Assembly: GCA_963931685.1 (NCBI GenBank)
Contig: OZ007038.1
Coordinates: 975,632 to 1,039,631, forward strand
Direction of reading: 5' to 3'
DNA length: 64,000 nt
DNA from: an uncultured Bacilli bacterium
GTDB lineage: Bacteria; Bacillota_I; Bacilli_A; RF39; UBA660
Shown here: positions 1-10,231 of the stretch, piece after piece
Position numbering within the stretch: position 1 is the first letter of the stretch
How the letters are laid out: the number at the start of each line of letters is the position of its first letter
Translations under genes and position numbers: made by a program
The notes under the pieces: model-generated
Told to the model about the DNA's origin: nothing
The model's input: only the letters and a program-made list of their open reading frames with translations
Databases searched by the model: none

Positions 1-240
1 TTCTTTTTCGTTTAATGTTTTTTCTAATTCTTTAAATAATTTTTTATAATAAGCTGTTGCGGTATCTTTTAATGTATAACCGTAGGCATCTATTGAGGCT
101 ACTTCTTTTATTTCTTTCGTGTTACTTTCTTTATGCGTTAATTTACTGATTGTTAAAATGGATCCAGCAATTATAAGTGCGAGCAGGATTATTAAAATTG
201 CTACTCTTTTAACATTTACTTTACGTTTTTTCTTTTTCAT
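1..240 (-). CDS. Hypothetical membrane-anchored protein; C-terminus runs off the window
   Basis: Manual translation from ATG at 240, overlapping the ltaS stop as ATGA: MKKKKRKVNVKRVAILIILLALIIAGSILTISKLTHKES... Basic N-terminus plus one TM helix; open to base 1. Confidence 0.75.
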   Translation of the reverse strand, partial: MKKKKRKVNVKRVAILIILLALIIAGSILTISKLTHKESNTKEIKEVASIDAYGYTLKDTATAYYKKLFKELEKTLNEKE

Positions 241-2297
241 TTTTGCCCTCCTTTTATTACTTCATCTGATTCTTTAGTCTTTTTAATTAAATCATGAACA
301 ATTATATCGTTAGAAACGGCAATTTCTTTTTCTGCTTTTTCCGAGTATTTGGAAATGTAATCTTTACTAATAACTGATTCTTCATCAAAGACAATGGCCT
401 CTCCATTTTGATTGTCATAGTACATTTTATCTGTTATCCAATTTCCATTTGGAAATACTACATAGTGATCATCTGTACTGAATACATCATGACCTAAAGC
501 GTATGGATTTTCTATACCTAACATATTACCTAAAGTTGGAAGTACGTCATACATTCCAGTTACGGTAGTTATTTCTTTATTTATTTTCTTTTTTAAATCT
601 TTATCTTTTGTCCAGATGATAAACGGTACTTTTCTATTCAATTCATAATCATATTTAGTAAATTCTTTATATTCAGGGTCACTTTTAGATCTTTTAGAGT
701 CTGTTTCTGGATTGTAGTTATAATAGTAATCATATTCACCTCTTTTAACTTTGGCATCATGATCACCATAAATAACTAAAACTGTATCTTCTAATAATCC
801 TTCTTTATCTAATTCTTCAACAAATTCACCTATGGCTTCATCTGCATAATGAGCTGTTGTAAAATATCTACCTAAGGTAGTGTTTTTTAAATAATCATTT
901 ACAACCTCTGTTTGCTCACCAGTAACTTCATCTGTTTTTGTATACTTATATGTTAAGTCTAAATCTGTTGTATCTTCAAATCCTTCAAAAGGTGTATGGT
1001 TCGTAAGCATTATTAGTAGTCCATAATATTTATCATGTTTTTCTTGGATATCTTTTATTTTTTGAACTGATTGTTTGAAGAATGATTTATCTGATAAACC
1101 TAAACCAACCATATCATCTAATTTATAATCTTTATCATAGTAATAAAATCTATCATATCCTAATTGTTTATGCATTACTTCTCTATTCCACATATTACCT
1201 TTATTAGCATGCATACTAAATACATAATAATCTTCTTCTTTTAAGAATTTTTGTATTGAAGGATATTCTCTATCCCAATAACTTACAAAGACTGTACCAC
1301 TACTTGCTGGAAGTAATGATGTACTATATGTAAATTCTGTATCACTACTTGTTCCAACACTTTCTTGTGAATAAAAGTTAGAAAAATACATTCCTTCTTC
1401 AGCTAATTTTTTTAAATTAGGAGCAATAGTTTTACCATTAATCTCTGTATCTAATAAATAGTTTTGCATACTTTCAGCATGTATTACTATAACATTTTTA
1501 CCTTTAAATATATCAGTATATTCATTATCTTTATGTTCTTCTTTATTTTCATTATAATATTCACGGAATTCTTTAGCTGCTGTATCATATCCAAAAAGTG
1601 GACTTATTTGTGGTTTTAAACTGGCAATTAAATCATTTCCTTGATAAGTATATATACCAAATTTCATGACAACATATTCTCTATTCCACTGTTTATATAA
1701 TCTACTAATATCGGTTCCAGTTAAAGTTGATAAAAAGAAGCCTAAAACAATGGTTGCGGCAACTAAAACTTTTAATACTGCCACTTTTGGTTTTTCTTTA
1801 GTTTTTAACTTAGAATAATAACCTTGTTTTAAGAGTTTACGGTGTATAAATAATAATGTTATAGGAGCCCATATATAGCATATATCTTTTAGTTCCATTA
1901 TTGTTCCTAAAGCATCACTTACACCAGCTAATTGCAATGATGTTGCTAGAAGTGAAAATGACGTAAATGAAATATAGTTTGTATAATAAACTGAATTAAT
2001 TAAACAAATAGCTGTAAATATTACTGACCATACCATATAATATTTAAATCTATTTTTAGGTTTAAAGAAATATGCTATAGAACCTACAAATAAAATAAAG
2101 GCTAAATCAGCTAATATAGGTGATATAGCCGTATAATTTTTTACTGTTAAAAAACGAATCAAACAACCATTAATTAAGGAAGTTATGATAAATGTGGTAA
2201 ATAAAACATTGTTTTTGAAAAAATATATTGTATTATCTTTTGCTTTTTTAAAAACGCCAATTAATTTGTGGCCAAATTTTTTCATATTCCACCTCAA
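237..2297 (-). CDS. ltaS: LTA synthase family protein (sulfatase-fold phosphoglycerol transferase)
   Basis: N-terminal multi-TM region, then NVIVIHAESMQ, GTSSDTEF, HANKGNMWNR, LTNHTPF and YGDH motifs typical of the LtaS family. Confidence 0.85.
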   Translation of the reverse strand: MRWNMKKFGHKLIGVFKKAKDNTIYFFKNNVLFTTFIITSLINGCLIRFLTVKNYTAISPILADLAFILFVGSIAYFFKPKNRFKYYMVWSVIFTAICLINSVYYTNYISFTSFSLLATSLQLAGVSDALGTIMELKDICYIWAPITLLFIHRKLLKQGYYSKLKTKEKPKVAVLKVLVAATIVLGFFLSTLTGTDISRLYKQWNREYVVMKFGIYTYQGNDLIASLKPQISPLFGYDTAAKEFREYYNENKEEHKDNEYTDIFKGKNVIVIHAESMQNYLLDTEINGKTIAPNLKKLAEEGMYFSNFYSQESVGTSSDTEFTYSTSLLPASSGTVFVSYWDREYPSIQKFLKEEDYYVFSMHANKGNMWNREVMHKQLGYDRFYYYDKDYKLDDMVGLGLSDKSFFKQSVQKIKDIQEKHDKYYGLLIMLTNHTPFEGFEDTTDLDLTYKYTKTDEVTGEQTEVVNDYLKNTTLGRYFTTAHYADEAIGEFVEELDKEGLLEDTVLVIYGDHDAKVKRGEYDYYYNYNPETDSKRSKSDPEYKEFTKYDYELNRKVPFIIWTKDKDLKKKINKEITTVTGMYDVLPTLGNMLGIENPYALGHDVFSTDDHYVVFPNGNWITDKMYYDNQNGEAIVFDEESVISKDYISKYSEKAEKEIAVSNDIIVHDLIKKTKESDEVIKGGQK

Positions 2298-2382
2298 TTA
2301 CTTTTAACATTATAGCACTTTTTTAGAATAAAAAAAAGTATTTGGAATATACTTTAAGAATGTTTACTTTGAACATATTAAA

Positions 2383-2401
2383 AGTGGCTTATTAAGCCAC
2401 T
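2383..2401 (-). terminator. Intrinsic terminator after the YihY/BrkB gene
   Basis: Inverted repeat agtggctt/aagccact followed by a T-run on the minus strand. Confidence 0.6.
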
Positions 2402-2499
2402 AGGAGACTATTACCTTTAATACTTTATTTTGATTCATTAATCATTAAAGTACTAGTAGTCTGCACTGTAAGCATATACCGGTAATAAATATATGCCCA

Positions 2500-3342
2500 T
2501 TAGTTATTTTGATTTGTTTTTTTATTTTTATACACGTTTTTAAATCTATTATATTCATCAGCATTTATAGCTATACCCATAACAAATATATAAGTCAGTA
2601 TATACACCCAAATCATCATAACAATTATTCCAGATATACTTCCATAAAATAGGCTATAATTTGCCAGATTAGAGACATAATATGAATATACTGAAGTTGT
2701 TACTATCCAACATACGGTTGTGAATAGTGCACCTTTATTCATAAATTTACTAGAAATTTTTTCATCAGGTGAAATTGTATATATTATTTTTAGTATCCAG
2801 AATATTAAGACAAAAGCTACGGGCCATTTTAATAAGACAAAAATATAATAGACATTATTGCTTATTGATTGCATAATTTCTAAACTTAAAATCTTTTCTA
2901 AAATGATATTTCCATAAGCTAGAACTACAAAGATAAATATAAAAAGGAACATTAATAGAATTATCATAAAAAAGGCTTTAACTCTATCTTTTATATAGTC
3001 ATCGTTTTTTATATTATATAGTTCATTAGAAGTTATAATTATTGAATATGTACCATTTGAAACTAATATAAAACCAACTATCATAAAAAATAATACATTG
3101 GTTGTAATATGGCTATTTTCTATGAATGGTAAGACTATCTGCATAACATTTTCTGGGACTATTTCTCCAATTGTATTTATTAATGGTTCAAAGAAGTATA
3201 CCATTTTTGAACCAATATAACCAAATAATGTTAAGAGAGGAAAGATGGCTAAAATTAAGAAAAATGCTAACTGACCAGGCAATATTTTCATCTCTGGCCT
3301 TTTTATCAAATTTAATATTCTTTTTAAATATGATTTTATCAT
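2500..3342 (-). CDS. YihY/virulence factor BrkB family membrane protein
   Basis: LPGQLAFFLILAIFPLL start, multiple TM helices, YSLFYGSISGIIVMMIWVY motif. Confidence 0.85.
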   Translation of the reverse strand: MIKSYLKRILNLIKRPEMKILPGQLAFFLILAIFPLLTLFGYIGSKMVYFFEPLINTIGEIVPENVMQIVLPFIENSHITTNVLFFMIVGFILVSNGTYSIIITSNELYNIKNDDYIKDRVKAFFMIILLMFLFIFIFVVLAYGNIILEKILSLEIMQSISNNVYYIFVLLKWPVAFVLIFWILKIIYTISPDEKISSKFMNKGALFTTVCWIVTTSVYSYYVSNLANYSLFYGSISGIIVMMIWVYILTYIFVMGIAINADEYNRFKNVYKNKKTNQNN

Positions 3343-3362
3343 ACAGCCTCTTTCCTTTCAAT

Positions 3363-5393
3363 TTAATTTTTTACTTCTTCTTTATTATTTCTCATGTCTA
3401 AAGTAGCTTCATTAATAGCATCATCAATAGTTTTTATTTCATCATTAATCATACTATAACCAATAGCAGCTCCAAATCCATGAGATAATTCTTTAAATTC
3501 TTTATTTAATTTTCTAATATAAGTTACTACAGATTTTTCATCATGACCTATAATAAATATCAAAAATTCATTTCCGTTAGTTCTAAGTATTTCACTATCA
3601 CTTAGTTGGTGATTAATTAAAATACTAGCTGCTTCAACTATTACTTTATCACCTTCAGCGTGACCAAAGTTATCATTAATATAAGCAATATTATTTAAGT
3701 CAATGATAATTACTGATTGTGGATATGCTTCACTACTATCCCATGCGGTCATGTTATCATTTAAATAATTACGATTTTTAAGTGATGTTAGAGTATCAAC
3801 GTAACGTAATTTATCTGTTTTTGAGAGTTTACTATTAATATTTTTTTTCTTACCAAAAATTATTTTAGTGATAATTCCGGCAATAGCAAGTAAAACAATT
3901 ACTATACAACTTAATATTAATTGTAAATTCTTATTATTATTATTTGATAAAAGTAAATTTTTATAACTATCGTTCATCATCTCTTTGACATTTACAAATG
4001 ATAAATAGAAATTGAAGAAATCATTTAGGTTTTCATTTTTATTTTGTGAAATAAATCCATAATTATTATCAATATCTAAGGTATTAAGTTTCTTATAGTT
4101 TTTTAGTTCTAGTCTAACATAATAATCATAAGTGTATTCATCTATAGCCGCAATGTCATCAGCTTTAATTTTGTTTATTAAATCTTTAATATTTTGATAT
4201 TCTTTAGTTTTAACACCATTTGATTTTAAATATCTTGATATTTTACTATCCTTTATGGTTAATATTGTTTTATCTTGTAATGATGTGACGTTGTTAACTG
4301 TTAGGTCTGTATTTTTATCTGTTATAATAGCTATTTTACTATCATATACAGGAAGTGTTTTAAATGTTTTTATATTTATTTTGCTATTATTGAAATTATT
4401 TAATAATAAATCTAATTTATTTGTTTCAAAATCTTTAAGCATATTTTCAACTGATGAATATTGCTTATAATCTATTTCAATACCTGCTACTTTAGCAAAA
4501 TCACTAATTATTTCATGATTAAATCCTTTTAAACTACCATTTATAGCCATATCATATGGAGGATTTGCGACAAATCCATATGTATATCTTCTACTTCTAA
4601 AATCAGTTTGATTTTTTTCACTAATTTCTTTATAAGTAAAATAGGTGTTGGCAAGATGTTTATTAAATGAATCTTTTAAATCTTTTTTTTGCCATTTATT
4701 AAAGTATTTGGTGATAATTTTATTGAGTTTATCGTTATCACCTAATTTTATTGTATAATTTGTTTTATATTCAGTTATATTGTAGACAATATGCATGTCA
4801 TCTGTTTTTAAAATATTTTCTAAATAATCTAATTTGGGTAAAACTATAGCGTTTACTTCATTATTTGCTAAAGCAGTTAATAATTCATCGTTTGTATTAT
4901 ATCCTTGATAGGTTAGATTTAAAGAACCTTTTAGATAGTTTTCTACATCTTTTAAGCTATCATTTAAAACTCCAACTTTTAAATCTTTTATTTCATCAAT
5001 ACTAGTATAATATTTTTCTTCTTTAGAAATTAAGGCGTAATTATCTTGATATAAAACTAAATCTTTGGAAGTTGATTTATCTTTTTTTAATAATGCATAT
5101 TCAGTTTGAGGATTGTTATTTTCTTCATATGATAATTTATTAAATTCAAGATTAGTATCACTTTCTAGGTCAGTTATGAAATCAAATAATAATCCACTTC
5201 CATTATCATTTATAATTGGAATATTGTTTAATGCTGAAAAGTCAATTACTTTATTTTTGTTATCTTCAATCCATTTTTTTTCGATGACTGTTAATGTTGT
5301 TTTTTGGTCTTCTTTAGTAAAAAAACGGACTACGCCGATAGAACCTAAAATTAAAATAACAACTATGGCAATTATTCCGATTTTTTTATTCAC
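3363..5393 (-). CDS. Membrane-anchored solute-binding-domain protein with a C-terminal degenerate GGDEF domain
   Basis: N-terminal TM, two PBP-like regions (YGFVANPPYD), second TM, then DTLTSLKNR...IDLNNIAYINDNFGHAEGD...RTNGNEF. Confidence 0.85.
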   Translation of the reverse strand: MNKKIGIIAIVVILILGSIGVVRFFTKEDQKTTLTVIEKKWIEDNKNKVIDFSALNNIPIINDNGSGLLFDFITDLESDTNLEFNKLSYEENNNPQTEYALLKKDKSTSKDLVLYQDNYALISKEEKYYTSIDEIKDLKVGVLNDSLKDVENYLKGSLNLTYQGYNTNDELLTALANNEVNAIVLPKLDYLENILKTDDMHIVYNITEYKTNYTIKLGDNDKLNKIITKYFNKWQKKDLKDSFNKHLANTYFTYKEISEKNQTDFRSRRYTYGFVANPPYDMAINGSLKGFNHEIISDFAKVAGIEIDYKQYSSVENMLKDFETNKLDLLLNNFNNSKINIKTFKTLPVYDSKIAIITDKNTDLTVNNVTSLQDKTILTIKDSKISRYLKSNGVKTKEYQNIKDLINKIKADDIAAIDEYTYDYYVRLELKNYKKLNTLDIDNNYGFISQNKNENLNDFFNFYLSFVNVKEMMNDSYKNLLLSNNNNKNLQLILSCIVIVLLAIAGIITKIIFGKKKNINSKLSKTDKLRYVDTLTSLKNRNYLNDNMTAWDSSEAYPQSVIIIDLNNIAYINDNFGHAEGDKVIVEAASILINHQLSDSEILRTNGNEFLIFIIGHDEKSVVTYIRKLNKEFKELSHGFGAAIGYSMINDEIKTIDDAINEATLDMRNNKEEVKN

Positions 5394-5898
5394 TGCTTTC
5401 TACCTCACTTCCGTAATCAAAGCTGTTTTCTGTTTTATGTTTGTATCCAGCTATTGGGTAATTTTCATTTTCTTCTTCAGTATCTATTAAAATTTGGATA
5501 TCATAATATTCTTTATTTTTATCAGATATTTTATCTAAAATAGTATCCCCTAATTTTTTTGCATCATCTTTACTCATATCAGGAGCAACAGTAATAATAA
5601 AGTTTAATATACGTCCCTCATTATGATATTCAACATCATTAACCATCTTGTTTTCTTTTAATGTACTTTCAATATCATCGATTACCCCAGAGGAAATTTT
5701 ATGGTCTTCAATACCTTCTAGACGGTCACCATATTTATTATTACTAAAAACAGGTACAATAAACAACCATATAATTATTACAAAGAAGATAATTAAAAAT
5801 GCAGCAGCTCCAATTATACATTGTTTTTTATGATTTTTTATAAATTCCTTCATTATATCACCTTCAAACATTATACTATATTTTATATGAATTTTCAA
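5386..5898 (-). CDS. Hypothetical membrane-anchored protein
   Basis: One N-terminal TM helix; overlaps both neighbours, consistent with translational coupling. Confidence 0.7.
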   Translation of the reverse strand: MKIHIKYSIMFEGDIMKEFIKNHKKQCIIGAAAFLIIFFVIIIWLFIVPVFSNNKYGDRLEGIEDHKISSGVIDDIESTLKENKMVNDVEYHNEGRILNFIITVAPDMSKDDAKKLGDTILDKISDKNKEYYDIQILIDTEEENENYPIAGYKHKTENSFDYGSEVESSE

Positions 5899-6938
5899 AC
5901 CGCGTTAATTATATATGGATTATTTTCAGATCCAGTTCCGCCAATTATTTTAGAGTCTTTATTAATAGTTAAAACTGGTCTGACATTTAACGATGCATTA
6001 CTATTTTCTGTATCTATTATTCCATTTTCAATTGTGTAAATATTAGTTCCATTATTATTTATAGTGTACTCTGGGCCATTTTCTATTGAAAAGTCTGATA
6101 AGTAATTTCCTTTCGTACATTCTACTTCAGTACCATTTATACATTTTAAATTATTTGAGGCATTTAAATAATCTCTAGTTGTTAATAGTCCAACATTAAC
6201 ATTTTCTTTTTCTATACATTTTTCGTTTTCGTATGATGTACAAAATGATGTGTTTTCAAATTCTGAAACTGTATCTAAGCTTGTGAAAAATGTATTATTT
6301 AGATATGTTTTTACAGTAGAATTATCAAAGTTAATATTTCCATCAAGACTCCATGAGATTTGGGCTGTTTCATCATTACTAATAATTTTTATACTTCCAT
6401 CACTATTATTACTAATTATTCGCCATAATTTTCCATTTAGTTTTAAATAATTATCGGGATTTTCTCCTTTATAAATACCATTTTGCGCTAATAAAACATC
6501 TTTTTTTTTAGAGTTATTAATTATAGTAGTGGCTAAATCATTCATAGCTATATCTTCATCTTCACTTTTATCAACATATGTAAATATAAACTGTTTTTTA
6601 GAGCTATCATATTTTATTTCAACATTACCTTTTAAGTTTTCACTGCTATGACGTGGATCTTTAATTTCATCATTTGAAATATATCCTTCATTTACTAATG
6701 TGTCAACTGGAAGACGGTATACTGAACCATCATCTGGCAATATATTTGCATGTTTTAAACTCCATGTTTTAGCAGCTTTTTCAATGACAGCTACCTGATC
6801 GTTATATGCACTTTCTCTTGAATTTCTGATAACTGATGCGATTGCTGGATAAACAACTAATGCTATTAAGCCTAATATAGCTACAACAGCGATTAACTCA
6901 ACTAATGTAAATCCCTTTATTTTTTTCATTTTTATCAC
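5895..6938 (-). CDS. Type IV prepilin-like protein with a C-terminal DUF6273-like domain
   Basis: KGFTLVELIAVVAILGLIALVVYP class III signal. C-terminus GENPDNYLKLNGKLWRII...VRPVLTI...GTGSENNPY matches the repeated domains of 28317-32099. Confidence 0.8.
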   Translation of the reverse strand: MIKMKKIKGFTLVELIAVVAILGLIALVVYPAIASVIRNSRESAYNDQVAVIEKAAKTWSLKHANILPDDGSVYRLPVDTLVNEGYISNDEIKDPRHSSENLKGNVEIKYDSSKKQFIFTYVDKSEDEDIAMNDLATTIINNSKKKDVLLAQNGIYKGENPDNYLKLNGKLWRIISNNSDGSIKIISNDETAQISWSLDGNINFDNSTVKTYLNNTFFTSLDTVSEFENTSFCTSYENEKCIEKENVNVGLLTTRDYLNASNNLKCINGTEVECTKGNYLSDFSIENGPEYTINNNGTNIYTIENGIIDTENSNASLNVRPVLTINKDSKIIGGTGSENNPYIINAV

Positions 6939-7026
6939 CTATTCTATTATAAATTATAAAATAATTAGTGTTCAAAGTCAACTAACCATGATATAATACT
7001 TTTGTAAATTTACGGGGTGAGATTTT

Positions 7027-9111
7027 ATGTTTAAAACTGAGCTTTTAAGTCCAGCTGGAAATATGAAAACTTTAATTTCGGCAGTTAATAATGGCGCGGA
7101 TGCAGTCTATATTGGGGGCAAAATGTTTGGGGCAAGAGCTTTTGCGGATAATTTTTCTTTTGACGAGATAAATGAAGCTATTAAATACTGCCATTTATAT
7201 GGTGTTAAACTTTATGTTACGGCTAATACAGTTATTTTTGAAAATGAGATTGAAGAGTTTTTAGATTATATGAAATTTTTATATGAATCTGGTGTGGATG
7301 CTGTTATTATGCAAGATTTAGGAATGATTAATTTAGTTAGAAGATTAATTCCTGATTTAGAGATTCATGCATCTACACAGATTAATGCTCATAATGATGA
7401 GAGTTTATATTTACTTGAAAGTATGGGTGTTAAAAGAGCTGTTTTAGCTAGAGAGATGAGTTTAGATGAGATTAAAGGCTTAAAATGTCCTATAGAAAAA
7501 GAAATATTTATTCATGGGGCTTTATGTGTTTCTTATAGTGGTCAATGTTTATTTAGTAGTTTAAATGGCGGTAGAAGTGGCAATAGAGGTAGATGTGTAC
7601 AATCTTGTAGATTACCTTATGAACTTTATGATGATAAAAAAATTAAAACTGAAGGTAAATATTTACTTAGTACTAAGGAACTTTGTTTAGTTAATAATAT
7701 TAAGGATATTTTGGATGCGAATATTGATAGTTTAAAAATAGAAGGAAGAATGAAAAGCCCAGAATATGTTGGATATGTTACTAAAGTTTATAGAAGACTA
7801 ATTGATGAATATTATTTAGGATTAGAACCTAAGGTTACAGAAGAAGAAATATATAATTTGAATGTTTTATTTAATAGAAAATTTACTAATGGATATTTGT
7901 TTAATGATGATATTTATAATATTAAAACTTCTAATCATTTAGGCGCACCTATTGGTAAAGTTATTAAGGTTAATGATCATAAGATTTATATTAAATTAGA
8001 TCATGATTTATTTCAAGAAGATGGAATTAGATTTTGTGAGAGTTCGAAAGGAATGATTATAAATAAGCTTTATAATGAAAAAGGACTACTTGTTAATCAT
8101 GTTTCTAAAGGTTCTATTGCAGTGGTTGATAATAAGGTGGGGCTTAATAGTAAAGACTTGGTCAATAAAACTGTTTCTAAGAATTTAATTAATGAGATGA
8201 AAAAAAGTAATGATAAGAAAGTTTTCATTTCATTTAAATTAAAAGCTTTAGTTAATAGTCCTTTGGAACTTACTATTGATGATGGTGTTAATCGTATTTG
8301 TGAAAAATCAATTTTATTAGATAAGGCTAAAAATAAAGCTACTACTAAGGAAGAGGTTTATTCTAAGTTAAACAAGCTAGGCTCTACTCCATTTTGTTTA
8401 GATAAATGTGATATAGAGTTAGATGATGTATTTATTCCAATGAGCGTTTTAAATGAACTTAGAAGAAAAGTTTGTGATGAATTAATATTTAAAAGATGTG
8501 AATGTAATAATAAAGTTAATTTTAAATACGAGAAAAAAATTATTGAACAAAGTAATGATTCTATGAGCATTTTAGTTAGAAATGAGAAACAACTTAAATG
8601 TGTTTTGGGTAAATTTAGAATATATACGGAATATTATGAATTATATAAAAAATATAAAGATAAAAATGTCTTTTATAAATTACCTAGAATAATGCATGAA
8701 TTCCCTTCATTTGAAAATGAAAATTTACTTGTTAGTGAACTTGGAGGTATTTATAAGTATAGTAAAAATAATAATGTTATAGCAGATTATCCACTCAATA
8801 TTACTAACAGTGAAACTGTTAATTTCTTGCATAGTTTGGGAGTTAAAATATCGACTATCTCTCCAGAAGTTTCTGACTTTGAATTAGAAAAATATAGCTT
8901 TCCTACTGAAAAAATTATTTATGGTAAGCCTGATTTAATGATTTTAAAGAAATTTAGAAAAGATGGTAAATATTTAAAAAATAATTTGAATAATTATTTT
9001 CCTATTATTCATGGGGATTATACAACTATTTTACATCATCAAAATATCGATTTAAGAAAGTATAAAGGTAGAATTTTACTATTTGACGAAACCAAAAAAA
9101 TTAGGAACTAA
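7027..9111 (+). CDS. U32 family peptidase-like protein (long form, probably an RNA hydroxylase)
   Basis: ELLSPAG, GADAVYIGG, IHASTQ, FIHGALCVSYSGQCLFSS...SGNRGRCVQSCR and SLKIEGRMK motifs. Confidence 0.9.
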   Translation: MFKTELLSPAGNMKTLISAVNNGADAVYIGGKMFGARAFADNFSFDEINEAIKYCHLYGVKLYVTANTVIFENEIEEFLDYMKFLYESGVDAVIMQDLGMINLVRRLIPDLEIHASTQINAHNDESLYLLESMGVKRAVLAREMSLDEIKGLKCPIEKEIFIHGALCVSYSGQCLFSSLNGGRSGNRGRCVQSCRLPYELYDDKKIKTEGKYLLSTKELCLVNNIKDILDANIDSLKIEGRMKSPEYVGYVTKVYRRLIDEYYLGLEPKVTEEEIYNLNVLFNRKFTNGYLFNDDIYNIKTSNHLGAPIGKVIKVNDHKIYIKLDHDLFQEDGIRFCESSKGMIINKLYNEKGLLVNHVSKGSIAVVDNKVGLNSKDLVNKTVSKNLINEMKKSNDKKVFISFKLKALVNSPLELTIDDGVNRICEKSILLDKAKNKATTKEEVYSKLNKLGSTPFCLDKCDIELDDVFIPMSVLNELRRKVCDELIFKRCECNNKVNFKYEKKIIEQSNDSMSILVRNEKQLKCVLGKFRIYTEYYELYKKYKDKNVFYKLPRIMHEFPSFENENLLVSELGGIYKYSKNNNVIADYPLNITNSETVNFLHSLGVKISTISPEVSDFELEKYSFPTEKIIYGKPDLMILKKFRKDGKYLKNNLNNYFPIIHGDYTTILHHQNIDLRKYKGRILLFDETKKIRN

Positions 9112-9114
9112 GTC

Positions 9115-10215
9115 CTAATTTTTCTTGAAATGATCAAAATCTGATTCTCTTAAGGTAAATTTATATGCATTATTATTATTTACAATTACAAATACACTTT
9201 CAACATTTTCTTTAACTTCGAAGTATAAAATTGGTGAATGTAATTCTTCTTCTACATCTACTAAGTCGTTAAAGTTTTTAATATTAATAACATCGTATTG
9301 TTCTAAATCTGGCATGTTATGTGTTTCAGCAATAATGTCGGCATATTCTTTTAAGATTTTGTTAAGTGCTAGAACATATTCTGATTTTCTAGTTACTGCA
9401 AGTAAACTCTTAACTAATACTTTGAATGCTATTAATGAACCAACTAATAATACAACACCAAATGCTAGTAATGGAACATTCATTTCAGTTTCTGTTTCTG
9501 CTGATTTATAGATCGTATCTCCTCCATTATTTACATAGTTTGGTTTAATATTTATTGTTTGTTGTAATAACGGTATTTCTAATGACATAGTATTAGATGC
9601 TTGTAGGTCATTTTCATCACTATCTTTTAGTCCTGCTTTAATATTAATCTTCATACTTAAATCAACTCTAGCATCAATCGATAATCCGAATTGATTACGG
9701 AAATCGGTCATAATATCATTATATTCATTATAATTTAATTGAACATTTTTATTAATTGTAAATGTTTTACCAGTGCCACTTTGATTAGCTTGATTGTCTA
9801 TAGGATAAGTTTTTGTCCAAACTTCAACATCTTCACCTTCTGTGTTTTGATATAACCCTTTTGCAGTTGCCACTATTTCATAGTTATAACTGTAATCTAA
9901 TTCTTCAGTACTTTGGAAATTATAAACTGCATCAACATCAATATGATCAATTAATGATGAGATATATTGTTTATTCATTCCAATATAAGGTGATGTAAAG
10001 AATTGGTTATTCTTTAAATAAACCTTATAATTTAAATTTGAAGTATAATTATATGAATATAATTTTTCTCTAGATGCTTGCTCAGGATTAACAGCTTTAA
10101 CAATTGACACAATGGATACCACCATTAAGGCAATTACAGCGATTAAAAAGAATACTCTAATCCACTGTTTTAAAATTATTTTGTTTTCATTTTTTTGTTT
10201 CTTTTTATTTTCCAT
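9115..10215 (-). CDS. DUF5305-like membrane protein (two TM helices around an extracellular domain)
   Basis: NLNYKVYLKNNQFF...WTKTYPI pattern; directly downstream of the SipW-type peptidase. Start placed at MENKKK (10215) behind an RBS; the ORF track starts at 10248. Confidence 0.65.
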   Translation of the reverse strand: MENKKKQKNENKIILKQWIRVFFLIAVIALMVVSIVSIVKAVNPEQASREKLYSYNYTSNLNYKVYLKNNQFFTSPYIGMNKQYISSLIDHIDVDAVYNFQSTEELDYSYNYEIVATAKGLYQNTEGEDVEVWTKTYPIDNQANQSGTGKTFTINKNVQLNYNEYNDIMTDFRNQFGLSIDARVDLSMKINIKAGLKDSDENDLQASNTMSLEIPLLQQTINIKPNYVNNGGDTIYKSAETETEMNVPLLAFGVVLLVGSLIAFKVLVKSLLAVTRKSEYVLALNKILKEYADIIAETHNMPDLEQYDVINIKNFNDLVDVEEELHSPILYFEVKENVESVFVIVNNNNAYKFTLRESDFDHFKKN

Positions 10216-10231
10216 TTTTCTTCTCCCCTTC

